64,000 nt of DNA from Nitrospirota bacterium (GTDB taxonomy: Bacteria; Nitrospirota; UBA9217): positions 32,001 through 96,000 of the forward strand of contig CAVVOB010000038.1 of NCBI GenBank assembly GCA_963749655.1, given 5' to 3'. The notes beneath the pieces were generated by a model, which had not been told where the DNA came from, ran no database searches, and saw nothing but the letters and a program-made list of their open reading frames with translations. A program made the position numbers and the translations under genes. Below, piece after piece: positions 39,453-50,100 of the stretch. Within the stretch, counting starts at the first letter, position 1; each line of letters begins with the position of its first letter.

Positions 39453-40007
39453 TCATCCTGTTTGAAAAACCTGCTTCTCCCACCCTCGCCGCGAATACTT
39501 CCTGATGAGCGCGATCTCCCGGGCGGGAATGCCGAGGGATTCGAGAAAGTCCTGGTGCGCGTCGGGGGCGAGCCTCTCGAATTCTGCGTGCCATTTGTTC
39601 CTGGCAGCCTCGTCCAGCCCCGCGGTCTCCAGCAGCTTTATCCAACTCTCCTTGTCCATGACCCTGATCCGTGACAGGGCGCGATCGCTCTTGAGCAGGG
39701 TCACGATGAAATGCTGCTGGGTCCGGAGCGCGCGGATCTCCCGGCTCAGCTCATCGAGCCGCTTCTCGAGGAGCGGGACGATGCCCCGGTTGCCCCTCGT
39801 TTTCATAATCCTGTTGATGTCCTCGAGGGAGAGCCCGGTCCGGCGAAAGGTGCAGATCTGTTCCAGCCTGAGGCGGTCCGCTTCGGTGTACGTACGATAA
39901 TTTGCATTGCTTCTACCGGATGGCGAAAAAAGGCCGATCGAGTCATAGTAGAGCAGCGTGCTTCGGGATAGTCCGAATTGTTTTGCCAGCCGGCCGATGG
40001 TATACAC
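39453..40007 (-). CDS. MerR-family transcriptional regulator
   Basis: YTIGRLAKQFGLSRSTLLYYDSIGL...NYRTY HTH; GTG start 40007 after GGAGG; C-terminal WHAEFE...HQDFLESLG domain. Confidence 0.92.
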   Translation of the reverse strand: MYTIGRLAKQFGLSRSTLLYYDSIGLFSPSGRSNANYRTYTEADRLRLEQICTFRRTGLSLEDINRIMKTRGNRGIVPLLEKRLDELSREIRALRTQQHFIVTLLKSDRALSRIRVMDKESWIKLLETAGLDEAARNKWHAEFERLAPDAHQDFLESLGIPAREIALIRKYSRRGWEKQVFQTG

Positions 40008-40031
40008 GGTTGCCTCCTGCACCTGGAGTCT

Positions 40032-40062
40032 AGCATAAACCATGAAGTAATAGACAGGTCAA
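40032..40062 (-). promoter_or_regulatory. MerR-type sigma70 promoter with 19-bp spacer
   Basis: TTGACC-tgtctattacttcatggtt(19)-TATGCT, with an imperfect ACC...GGT dyad over the spacer. Confidence 0.75.
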
Positions 40063-40149
40063 GTTCTTTGTTTGTGGAAAACGAAGAAGGACCGGTGGTA
40101 AGCTTAAGAAAGCTACTGAAGGATATTGGTTTCCTAGTTTCTAATCTTC

Positions 40150-40179
40150 TTGACTATGCCGTGAGCGCCGTGCTATTCT
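40150..40179 (+). promoter_or_regulatory. Putative sigma70 promoter
   Basis: TTGACT-N18-TATTCT with TGn extension, upstream of ATG 40214. Confidence 0.45.
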
Positions 40180-40213
40180 TGCCTATTCTATATATTATAG
40201 AAGGAGAAATGAA

Positions 40214-41104
40214 ATGTTCAAAAAGATCTCAGTTCTTGCGTTCTGCTTCTTCGTTCTTTCGCTGGCAGCGGTTGTTTCCTCGCCTGCCGCAGACCAGGCC
40301 TTGAAGCCCTATTTGCTCGGCTTCCGGGGACCCGCAACCATCGCAGCCAAACTGACCGATGTGAAGACGGCGCTGGCGCAGAAGGGTTTCCAGATCGTCG
40401 GCGAGTATGCGCCCTATACGGGCGCAACAGTGCTCGTGGTGACGAGTGATGCGCTCAAGGCTGCTGCGGCAAAGTCGGCATTCGGGGCCTATGGCGCAGT
40501 GATGCGCGTTTCGCTCACCAGCGTCGGCAGCGAGCTGCAGGTGGCTGCAACGAACCCGCGATACTTTGCAGCAGCATATCGGCTGAAGGAAGACCTGAAC
40601 GATGTTGCAACGGCGCTCGAACAGGCAATAGGCAAAACCGTCGAATTCGGCTCCAAGAACGGGATCACGGCAGCCCAGCTGAAGAAGTACCACTATATGG
40701 TGATGATGCCCTACTTTGACGACCAGGTAAAGCTCGCCGTGTACCCGTCCCAGGACGAGGCGCTTGCCGCCGTCGAGGCGGGGCTTGCGGCCAGGAAGGG
40801 CGGCGCGATCAAGGTATACCGCGTGGACCTGCCGGGAAAAAAGGAATCGGTCTTCGGCGCTTATTTGACCGAGGGCGCGGGTGCTGATGCCGCGATCATG
40901 AAGGTCATCGACATCGGCGAACTGAAGCATACGGCCCATTTGCCCTATGAGCTGGTCGTGTCCGACGGTACCGTGTACATGCTCCACGGCAAGTTCAGGA
41001 TCGCCCTCGATTTTCCGGACCTCACCATGGGCACGTTCATGAAGATCTCCGGAGCGCCGGCAGCCATCGAGGAGAAGCTCAAGGCGGCGGCAGGAGGGAA
41101 GTAG
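40214..41104 (+). CDS. Periplasmic protein of unknown function
   Basis: Signal peptide; YHYMVMMPYFDD and AHLPYELVV...FPDLTMGTFMKI segments; strong coding bias. Confidence 0.75.
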   Translation: MFKKISVLAFCFFVLSLAAVVSSPAADQALKPYLLGFRGPATIAAKLTDVKTALAQKGFQIVGEYAPYTGATVLVVTSDALKAAAAKSAFGAYGAVMRVSLTSVGSELQVAATNPRYFAAAYRLKEDLNDVATALEQAIGKTVEFGSKNGITAAQLKKYHYMVMMPYFDDQVKLAVYPSQDEALAAVEAGLAARKGGAIKVYRVDLPGKKESVFGAYLTEGAGADAAIMKVIDIGELKHTAHLPYELVVSDGTVYMLHGKFRIALDFPDLTMGTFMKISGAPAAIEEKLKAAAGGK

Positions 41105-41130
41105 AAAACATTGTTCATCGTAAAACAAAC

Positions 41131-41165
41131 AAAGGCCAGAGTGAACAAACACTCAGGCCTTTTCT
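41131..41165 (+). terminator. Intrinsic terminator
   Basis: AAAGGCC-AGAGTG...CACTC-AGGCC-TTTT hairpin after the stop at 41104. Confidence 0.6.
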
Positions 41166-41290
41166 TCGTGTCAAACCTGTTATGAGGAACGATTTTGAAG
41201 CAAGCCAGGCATGCCTGGAGTCGGGGAAGTCTACCTTTCAAGACCCAAATCCTTTTTCGCACGAAGACGCCGAGACGCAAAGAAAGGCGG

Positions 41291-44052
41291 TCATTTAACC
41301 ACCGCCCCCAGATACTCCCTCAAATATTTCCCCGTATACGATTCCCCGATCTCTGCCACTTCTTCCGGCGTGCCCTGCGCCACGATCCTGCCGCCTGCTT
41401 CGCCTCCCTCGGGGCCGAGGTCGATGACCCAGTCCGCGGTCTTGATCACATCGAGGTTGTGCTCCACGACGACCACGGTGTTGCCCGCGTCCACGAGCGC
41501 GTTCAGCACCTGGAGCAGCTTTTTTACGTCGTCCATGTGGAGGCCTGTCGTGGGCTCGTCGAGGATGTAAACCATGTCGTACAATTTCGCGTCGCCCAGT
41601 TCGTGGGATATCTTGAGCCGCTGGCTTTCGCCGCCCGACAGGGTCGTTGCCGGCTGGCCGAGCCGCAGATACCCGAGCCCGACCGCGGCGAGCGACTGGA
41701 GCTTGTCCTTGATAGGCGACTGCCCTTCGAAGAACGTGAGGGCCTCGTTCACCGTCATCTGGAGCACGTCGGCGATGTTTCGGCCCTTGTAGTGTATCTT
41801 CAGTACCTCGGGCTTATAGCGCCTGCCTCCGCACTGTTCGCAGGTGACGAACATGTCCTCGAAGAAGTACATCTCGATCTTCTGCACGCCTGCGCCGTCG
41901 CAGGCCGCGCACCGTCCGCCTGCAACGTTGAAGGAGAAATGGCCGGGGCCGAACTTCTTGCGCTTCGCGTCCGGCAGGCCTGCAAAGAACTTACGGATGA
42001 GGTCAAAGGCCTTTACATAGGTAACAGGGTTCGAACGCGGCGTCTTGCCGATCGGTTCCTGGTCGATGAGCCGCACGCCCTTGATGTGCTCGAGGCCCAG
42101 GAGTTCCCCGTAGGCCCCCGGTTTTCCGAATTCGACGCCCAGTTCCCGCGCGAGGGCGGGGTAGAGCGTGTCCTGGACGAGCGTGGACTTGCCCGAGCCC
42201 GACACGCCGGTAATGCAGGTCAGGGTCTGGAGCGGAATGCGGACGTTGATCTTCTTCAAGTTGTTTCCCGACGCCGCGCGGACCTCCAGGAACTTGCGTT
42301 CCTGCTTTCGCCTCCTGGCAGGGACCGGGATCGTCTCCCTGCCGGAGAGGTACTTGGCCGTAAGGCAGGAACTGCGAAGGAATTCGCGCTGTGATCCTTC
42401 GAACACGACGCGACCTCCGCGTTCGCCTGCTCCCGGCCCCATTTCCACGACATGGTCGGCAGACCGGATGAGCGCGGGATCGTGCTCGACCATGAGCACC
42501 GTATTGCCCGATGCGGAGAGCTCGCGGATGATCCCGACCAACAGGTGCGTGTCGCGCGGGTGCAAGCCGATGCTCGGCTCATCGAGTACATACAGCGTGC
42601 CCATGAGCCTGAGCGCAAGCTGGTTCGAGAGATTCACCCGCTGGGCCTCTCCTCCTGAAAGCGTGCGCGTCTGCCGGTCGATCGTGAGGTATCCGAGGCC
42701 CACGCGGAGAAAGTAGGCCAGCTTCATTTCCAGCTGCCTCAGGATCTCCTTTGCCGCCTGCTTCTCGAATTCGGTCAAATCGAGATCGTGCAGCCATTGT
42801 ACGAGGTACGCAACCGGCGTGGCTGACGCCTGCGAGATATCGATCCCGCCGACCGTGACGATGAGCGCCTCGGGCTTGAGCCGTGTTCCCCGGCACACCG
42901 GGCAGATTGCGGCGCTGCGGTATCTGCTCAGGAACACCCGCACATGGAGCTTGTAGCGTTTGCCCTGGAGATACGCGAAAAAATCATCGATGCCGTGAAA
43001 GCTCCCGGTCCCCTTGAACAGCGCTTCCCGGTCGGACTTCGGCAGGTCCTGCCACGGAACATCCACGGCGATCCCGGCCTTCTTCGCGCCTGTGAGCACC
43101 TGGCGCATCCACCATTTCGACGATGCCTTGGTCCAGGGCTCGATCGCGCCCTGTTTCAGGCTCAGGTGCTTGTCGGGGACGATGAGGTCCTCGTCGTAAC
43201 GCAGGATATTGCCGAAGCCGTTGCACTCTTTGCATGCTCCGACAGGGTGATTAAAGGAAAAAAGAACGGGCTGCGGAGCCTCGTACACGGTCCCGCAGGA
43301 AGGGCACGCGAGCGCCTGGCTGAAGCGGATGGTCTTTTCCCCCAGGACCTCGACAAGGACCTCGCCCTTGCCCTCCCGGAGCGCGGTCTCCAGGGACTCG
43401 ACAAGCCGCGCGCGGGAATCAGGCGTGACCACAAGACGATCCAGCAGCACGAGCAGTTCGGTAAGGTCCTTCTTCCCCGAATCGACTGCCGAGGTCTCGA
43501 CGATCTCCTCGTCCCAGCTTGAGCCTGCCGAAGCCCCTGCTCTGGAGCTCCATCAAAAGCGCGCCCGGGCCGTCCGCGGGAACGGGGATCCGGAACAGAA
43601 CGTAGATCCTTTTTTCCGAGGTGGTCGCGCAGAAGATCGTCGGCGATCGACGAGGGATGGGAGCGCTTTACCTCAGTCCCGTCTTTCGGACAGACGATCT
43701 TTCCGATCTTGGCGAAGAGGAGCCGAAGGTAGTCGTAGACTTCCGACACGGTGCCGACGGTGGAGCGGGACGTCCTGACCGGATTTCGCTGCTCCAGCGC
43801 AACAGCAGGACGCACGTTCCGGAGCTCGTCCACGTCAGGTCGGTCCAGCTTTTCGAGGAACATCTGTGCGTACGTGGACAGGGACTCGATGTAGCGCCAC
43901 TGCCCCTCGGCAAAGACCGTGTCAAAGGCCAGCGAGGACTTGCCCGAGCCGGACAGCCCGGTGACCACGGTCACGGCATCGTGGGGGATCGCGAGGCTCA
44001 CGTTCTTGAGGTTGTTCTGGCGGGCGCCTTGTATGATGAGTTCGGACTTCAT
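41291..44052 (-). CDS. uvrA: Excinuclease ABC subunit A (frameshifts ~43480-43620)
   Basis: [10 protein letters not shown]; [14 protein letters not shown]; zinc fingers; LSGGEAQR; second GVSGSGKS; [11 protein letters not shown]. Confidence 0.93.
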
Positions 44053-44278
44053 AGGTCAAGTCTATTATTGTAACACGGCAGGGAGAAAAAACCCACAATT
44101 CTAAAAGCACTCTTCGCCTGATCCGATACGGACGGCGGATCATTTCTCCTGCAACCATGTCTGCAGATTCCCGTCCGCCTGGCGCACCCGGCTGTTCAAA
44201 ATTGAAAAAAGGAGAGGGGCGCAATGAAGAACATCTCAAGGAGAGGTGTGCAAAGGAGAGTGTAAAACGGTCAATTTT

Positions 44279-46130
44279 TCAGGAGGAGTCACTGCGGCCT
44301 GGAGACATGTTCCCGCTGACGGGCAGGGTGAAGATAATCATGCTTCCACTGCCCCGCCTGCTCTCGGCCCATATTCTGCCGCTGTGGTGTTCGATGATCT
44401 CGCGCGCAATGGCGAGGCCGAGCCCCGAACCCTCCTCCGCGTTGGCGCTCTCGTCTCGGGAGCGCTGGAATTTTTTGAAGATCAGCTCGAGGTCCCCGGC
44501 GTCGATGCCGATCCCCGTATCGGAGATCTCCACGATGATCTCCTCCCGGGGAGAATACTGCCGACGCGCAGCGATCCGGATCGAGCCGTTGCGGGGCGTG
44601 AACTTGACGGCGTTGGAAAGGATGTTGGTCACGACCTGCACGAGCCGGTCCCGGTCGCCGGAAAGGCCGGAAAGGCGCGGCTCGAGGGAGGTCGTCACGG
44701 AGATGCTTTTACGCTCGAAAAGCGGTCCCATGACGGCGAGGGCCTTTTTTATCACATCATCGATCGACACCTCTTCGAACCGCCACCTCATCGACCCCGC
44801 TTCGATCCGGGAAAGATCGAGGACATCGGAGATGAGCCGCGAAAGGCGGTCGGTTTCGGCATTGATGATGCCCATGAACCGGGTCCGCTCCGGAGCGGGC
44901 ATGTCCGGCTTCATGACGGTCAGCTCTGCAAACGCTTTGATGGTCGCGAGGGGAGTGCGCAGTTCGTGGGACACCATGGAAACGAAGTCAGACTTCATCT
45001 TGTCGACGGTCTGGAGCTGCTCATTTGCCTTTTGGAGCTGGAGTATGAGCTCTTCCCGTTCCTGCTCGGCGCGTTTGCGGTCGCTGATGTCGCTTACGAC
45101 GCAGACAACGGCCAGCGTTTCGCCGGCGGGGTTGCGCATGATCGACGTGGACAGGCTGAGGGTGCGCAACGCGTCCTCCGGCGCCCGGAAATCCACCTCC
45201 CGGTCCCGGACCGTACCGTCCGCGAAAAAAGATTCCAGATGCCCGGCAAAAAAAGAGCTGCCGGCCGCACTTTCGCCCGGTCGCTTGCCGACCAGGTCCT
45301 GCTCCCGGCAGCCGAAGAGGGTGCACGTCGCCCGGTTGACGAGCCGGACGACCCCGTCGGAGTCGAGGACGATCAGGGCGTCGTTCATGGTGTCGATGAT
45401 CTCACGGGCGGCGAAGGCGGGCGTGATGGCCATGAACCGGTAATGGAGTATCGCCCACGACGAGATGATGAGGAAAACGAAGATCTCTCCATGGGCCAGC
45501 GGCCGCCACGGCATGCCGAGGGAAATGATGAAGTCAAAGGCGCCGAGGTATCCCACGGCAAAACCGAACAGCAGTATCCGGGCGCGCATCTTCTGGATCG
45601 AACCCGGCACGGACGCGCGGTACGCCTTCACGAAGCTCCGCAGGGTGGCGATCTCGATCGCGAGGAAATACACCACAAAGGGAATGCTCGTGATGCGCGC
45701 TTGAGGATAAAAACCCCATGCATGGCGCTGCAGGGAGGAGAACTGCAGGTTGGTGGTCAGCATGAGGGCGGCGAAACAAGCGCTCAGCAGCCAGACAGCC
45801 GAGGACGCGTTTTCTCGCGCTGTCATAATCCTTCACGATAAGGGCGTTGAAATGGTAGACCGCGGCGGGGATGACGGCGATGCCGGCATAGGCGATCTTT
45901 GCCCACCACATCGCGAGGGCCTCGTCGGCAGCGCTGTACATCCAGGAAATTCCGAAAAGCCACAGGCCCATGGCGCTTGCCAGCACGAAAAAGACAACGC
46001 TCACATGGGAGCCTTGCTCGCGGACCAATGCGAACATGCCGAGGGCGATGATGCCCAGCGCCACAATGAGCGTCTGGATCGAGAGCGGGTTCATCGCATA
46101 AAGGGTGCTGTCGTAGAGAAAAGGCATCAT
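44279..46130 (-). CDS. Sensor histidine kinase with N-terminal multi-TM domain and PAS (frameshift ~45800)
   Basis: 7TM-like N-terminus split over two ORFs; VSHELRTPL; NILSNAVKFT; DTGIGI; GSGLGL. Confidence 0.88.
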
Positions 46131-46306
46131 GGGGAAACGGTTCGTTTTGCTGAAAGCGCCGGACTGTCGGATGGTCCTGAACGTCTTAACGTTTCGTATC
46201 CTTTTGTAAATGTATAATAAAAAATCAGTCCTGGCAAGAAAAATTGTTCGTGAACCTATAGGTCTGAGTTTCTAATACAAACGCATTTAAATTCGATACT
46301 GCTTTG

Positions 46307-46355
46307 CCCCTCACCTTTGTCCTCTCCCAGAGGGGAGAGGGTTGGGCGAGGGGGG
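46307..46355. repeat. REP-like hairpin CCCTCACC...CTCTCCCAGAGGGGAGAGGG
   Basis: Related to 27184-27216. Confidence 0.6.
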
Positions 46356-46740
46356 ACTTTTCAGGATGTTACAATATTTACTTCGTTTGCATTAGTTTTG
46401 AGTTTCCAGTTTATAAAACAGGAAAAATCGTATGGAGCACAACGTGGGGGGGGGGGCATAGGGCGTAAACTGCAGTGGCGAGTTTATCAAAAGCGCGGAC
46501 AGATTCCCGGCATCAAGAAGTCATCGCTAAGCCGTATGAAGGAAAGAGCAGGAGCGGAGAATGTCAATTCAACAAAAGTACTACCTCGCACGGTATCATA
46601 AACGCAGGTGGTTTGCAGGTGGGGATTCCAAATCCCCTGTGAAAGCTTTCTGATCGGCAATATTTTTTATGCTACATGCAATAAACGAGTGTCTTTATTC
46701 GTCATAATAATAGAGACGGGAGACGCTAAATGGGTGCCCT

Positions 46741-47285
46741 ATGAGCGATGAAACCGGTAAAACCGGTCTTGCGCGGTTTTTCAGCGACAATTATGGAAAA
46801 CTGGTCAGGTACTTTCAGTTCAATTATTCCGACCTTTCGGATATGGAGGCCGAAGACATCGTGAGCGATCTGATGGCCGATCTGCTTGAGAAGGCCGACA
46901 TCACCGCTCATGTCGAAAACCTGTCCGCCTATATCTATCGTTCCATCCAGAATAAGGCGATTGATTATCTGAGAAGGAGGAAGAAGACGATCCCGTTCGT
47001 AAATACCGACGAGGAGGAAAATGGAACCGCGAAGAAACCGCCCCGGAACCGCGTTACGACATGGAAAATGCGATCGAAGCGTCGGAAATCCGGGACCGGC
47101 TGATCGAAGCGCTCGATCGGCTAGAACCGGGTCAGCGGTCGGTCTGGATCGCCACGGAGATCGAAGGATATCCGTTCCAGGAGCTTTCGAAAGCATGGGG
47201 TGTGCCTATGGGTACGCTTCTGGCCAGGAAGCATCGGGCTAATGCAGCCCTGCAGAAGGAGCTGCAGGATTTCAATAATCCGTGA
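46741..47285 (+). CDS. ECF-type RNA polymerase sigma factor (frameshift ~47020-47060)
   Basis: AEDIVSD...AYIYRSIQNKAIDYLRR (region 2) and ALDRL...ATEIEG...GVPMGTLLARKHRA (region 4) lie in adjacent frames. Confidence 0.85.
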
Positions 47286-47300
47286 AAAGGAGTCAACACT

Positions 47301-47714
47301 ATGGACAAAGAAAAACATTCGTATCACTGCGGGGGAAGAGGATCATGGACCGCACGCCGGATCGTAAAGGGAATTGTCATCGGTCTCGTATTCGCGCTGG
47401 TGTTCGGCATTTTTGTCCAATTGCTCTGGAACTGGCTGATGCCGGGAGTTTTCGGTCTGAGGGAGATCACTTATTGGCAGGCGATCGGGATGGTCGTCCT
47501 TGCGCATATTCTTTTCGGACACCGAGGGCCGCGGGAATTCGGCGGCCGGCACAGACACGGTCCCTGGGCGTGGAGCGGCCCCTGCTCCGGGGAAGGGGTT
47601 GCAAACGGTCATATCAAGGACTGGCGGCGATATGACGAATGGTGGGAAGCAGAAGGCCGGGATGCATTCAAGAAATATATCGACAGCCGGGAAATGAAAG
47701 GAGAGAGAACATGA
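47301..47714 (+). CDS. Membrane protein of unknown function
   Basis: LWNWLMPGVFGL..ITYWQAIG motif; RBS AGGAG. Confidence 0.7.
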   Translation: MDKEKHSYHCGGRGSWTARRIVKGIVIGLVFALVFGIFVQLLWNWLMPGVFGLREITYWQAIGMVVLAHILFGHRGPREFGGRHRHGPWAWSGPCSGEGVANGHIKDWRRYDEWWEAEGRDAFKKYIDSREMKGERT

Positions 47715-48146
47715 ACAGGAACAAGTATATTGTACTGACACTGCTGATGACGACCCTTCTGGCGCTTGTCGCCATCGCGTGCTATCATCGAACGCCGGAA
47801 CAGCGGGCGGAGCGCGTAGTCCAGCACCTGGTTTCAACGCTCGGGCTGAATGCCGATCAAACGGCAAAGCTCGAAAAGATCAAGGAAGAATGTATGGCCA
47901 GACGGCCGGACATGGCGAAGATGCGGGAAGAAAGCTTGAAGGACATTGTGGAGATGATGAAGAGCCCGCAGATCGACGAGGCGAAGTTAAAGGCACGTAC
48001 GGAGAAAATTCAGGCCCATGCGAACGACGTGATCAGTTTCATTTCCGCGAAGTTCGCGGAACTCCATGATATTCTGACTCCCGAGCAGAGGAAGCAAGCT
48101 TGCGGAGGAGATGGAGAAGCATGTGAAGCGGGCTCATCACTGGTAA
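47711..48146 (+). CDS. Spy/CpxP-family periplasmic chaperone lipoprotein (frameshift ~48092)
   Basis: LGLNADQ and ILTPEQR motifs; the shifted frame ends KLAEEMEKHVKRAHHW* at 48146. Confidence 0.78.
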
Positions 48147-48235
48147 GGGAAGGGCGGGTGTCATTTCTATATAAGAAGTTATTTTATTCAGTACTGTTCG
48201 TCATGACGAGCGCACTCATGCATTTGGGCGCTCGT

Positions 48236-48433
48236 CAGCGGCGTTTTTGGGAGCACCGGATACGAGATGATGCTGATCTTAATAGACATATGGATTACAT
48301 TCACTTTAATCCGGTAAAACACGGCTTCGCGGTCGCTCCTCGTGCCTGGCGGTATTCGAGTTTTCACCGATATGTGGAAGCAGGGAGATACCATCCGGAG
48401 TGGGGTTTACAGGACGGGATTCGGCTTGGTTAG
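48236..48433 (+). pseudogene. C-terminal remnant of a REP-associated tyrosine transposase (RAYT)
   Basis: QRRFWEHRIRD..D...H.DYIHFNPVKHG...WRYSSF; no N-terminal HUH part; adjacent GTAG REP. Confidence 0.85.
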
Positions 48434-48456
48434 GGTGTTGGGCATGAATAAATAAT

Positions 48457-48491
48457 GTTGGGCTTCACACGAGGAGTTCAGCCCAACCTAC
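48457..48491 (-). repeat. GTAG-type REP next to the RAYT remnant
   Basis: Minus strand GTAG-GTTGGGCT...AGCCCAAC hairpin. Confidence 0.8.
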
Positions 48492-48535
48492 CGTTTTATA
48501 ACAACGTTATTGATACTATATCCCGGAGGTACATA

Positions 48536-48985
48536 ATGAACAAATCGCACAATGCCGTCCTCGTGTCCTGTCTTTTTGTATTCCTCTTCCTTATGTATGC
48601 CGCCCCGCCTGCTTTCAGCAGCGACTACGAAGGCGTCACGGTCACGTCCCTGAAGAAAACCACGACAACGACGAACGGCCAAAAGGTGTCCTATCCCGTA
48701 ACGGATTCCCCCGAGGTCACCGCTGTCCTGGTCGAGATCCCTGCAGGAGGCGAAACAGGATGGCATCTGCACCCGATTCCGGTTTACGCCTATGTGCTTT
48801 CGGGCGCGCTTACCATTGAGATGGAAACAGGCGAGCACTATTCATTCAAAGAAGGGGACGCGATCGTCGAGGTGGTGAACGCGAAGCACAACGGCAGAAA
48901 CACCGGGAAGGTGCCGGCGAAGCTCGTGGTCTTTTATACGGGCGTGGCCGGGAGTCCGGTGGCTGTCAAGGCACCGCTTCAGTAA
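48536..48985 (+). CDS. Exported cupin-domain protein
   Basis: Signal peptide; GWHLHP...YVLSG; E....HNGRN. Confidence 0.85.
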   Translation: MNKSHNAVLVSCLFVFLFLMYAAPPAFSSDYEGVTVTSLKKTTTTTNGQKVSYPVTDSPEVTAVLVEIPAGGETGWHLHPIPVYAYVLSGALTIEMETGEHYSFKEGDAIVEVVNAKHNGRNTGKVPAKLVVFYTGVAGSPVAVKAPLQ

Positions 48986-49041
48986 AGGGACCTTAGGGAT
49001 GATCTTTATATAGGTTGTTGAGCAGGCTCGACCGATAACGA

Positions 49042-49112
49042 ACGCACCCTGAAGGGTGCGGCTACAAGAGAACCAATACGCTTTGTTTGTAGCCGCAGGC
49101 TTCAGCCTGCGT
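49042..49112. repeat. Inverted REP doublet (REPIN-like)
   Basis: ACGCACCCTGAAGGGTGCGGCTACA ... TGTAGCCGCAGGCTTCAGCCTGCGT, between convergent genes. Confidence 0.8.
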
Positions 49113-49118
49113 ACCAGC

Positions 49119-49667
49119 TCAAAACATCACCGCAACAAGCAGCTCTGGATAGAGCTCTTCGCAGTTCTTGTACACGGCCCGGTCGCAGGTGAGATGAAAC
49201 TCCTGGGCAGCGCCTGCGCCGAAATAGAAGTTTCCGCCGGTCAGGAAAAAGACTCCTGCCCGCGCGCCGATCGTGTCCTGGTCGCGGTATCCGTCGATGA
49301 AGGTGCGGCGGTAGAAGATGCCTGCGTAGGGATTGATCGGGCCGGTCGTTTTTATGACAAAACGGACCGAGGGGCTTACCTGCGTGATGCCGGGCGTGCC
49401 TGACCAGGTCTCGGCGTCGAGGCCGAGCTCAAGACCGTCGGCGACAAAGTAGCCCGCGCCGAGCCCGAAGATCGAATAGGTCTTGTCAAAAGCGTAGCCG
49501 CTTCCCAGAAAGAGCGAGATGCGCGCATTCCCCTCGTCAAAGGGGGAAGCTTTCTCCGCTGCGTTTGCTGCAGCAGGCAGCAGCAGAGCCAGAAGGAAAC
49601 ACCCTATCAACGTCCGGCGAAGCAACATCATATTCTTTCCGACCGTGTCCCTTGTCATCCTCGTCAT
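49119..49667 (-). CDS. Outer-membrane beta-barrel-like protein
   Basis: Signal peptide; alternating beta-strand pattern; C-terminal Phe. Start may instead be at ~49631. Confidence 0.7.
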   Translation of the reverse strand: MTRMTRDTVGKNMMLLRRTLIGCFLLALLLPAAANAAEKASPFDEGNARISLFLGSGYAFDKTYSIFGLGAGYFVADGLELGLDAETWSGTPGITQVSPSVRFVIKTTGPINPYAGIFYRRTFIDGYRDQDTIGARAGVFFLTGGNFYFGAGAAQEFHLTCDRAVYKNCEELYPELLVAVMF

Positions 49668-49891
49668 TATTTTGTCTCTCCTCCGGAGCATCGTCTCTTC
49701 AATCCTTCGGTCACCCACCGGGGGACCGGCTTCCCCTCGTCCCTGAGCTTCTGCTCGAGCTTCTTCAGGATGTCCGGGGAAGGGGCGAACCCTCAGAGGG
49801 ACATCTTTTTCCGGAACCCGTACCAGAACCATGCTGCCATGGCAGCGTAAAGCACAACGAGAACTCCGGCAATTGTCGCAATCATCGTCAT
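49667..49891 (-). CDS. Small membrane-anchored protein with in-frame UGA (49793-49795): 32 aa, or 74 aa if read through
   Basis: RBS GGAGG; MTMIATIAGVLVVLYAAMAAWFWYGFRKKMSL-TGA-GFAPSPDILKKLEQKLRDEGKPVPRWVTEGLKRRCSGGETK-TAA; the TAA overlaps the next ATG (TAATG). Confidence 0.55.
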
Positions 49892-50100
49892 GAGACCTCC
49901 CTAACCCGGGCAAGCGGGAATCTGAAAGGCAAAGCGTAAGGCGTCTCGCGCAAAGCCGCAAAGAACGTCAGGAAAACCTTACCATCCCTTTTCGAAAAAG
50001 ACAAGTAGTTTGCCTTTTTTACGGCCTTACGCGAAATTTTTTCCGGGAAGATATTGATTCATGAGTTTTAAAACATTATGCACCTTTGACGGACCATCGC

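Noticed and set aside
38468-40007. Classical mer operon or mercury-resistance transposon
   Set aside because: No merA, merT, merP or transposase; the MerR lacks the Hg-binding Cys set and is co-oriented rather than divergent.
47639-48433. Apparent Spy/CpxP-transposase fusion protein (264 aa in the ORF track)
   Set aside because: A frameshift near 48092 runs Spy into intergenic DNA and the RAYT remnant; the natural Spy end is at 48146 in another frame.
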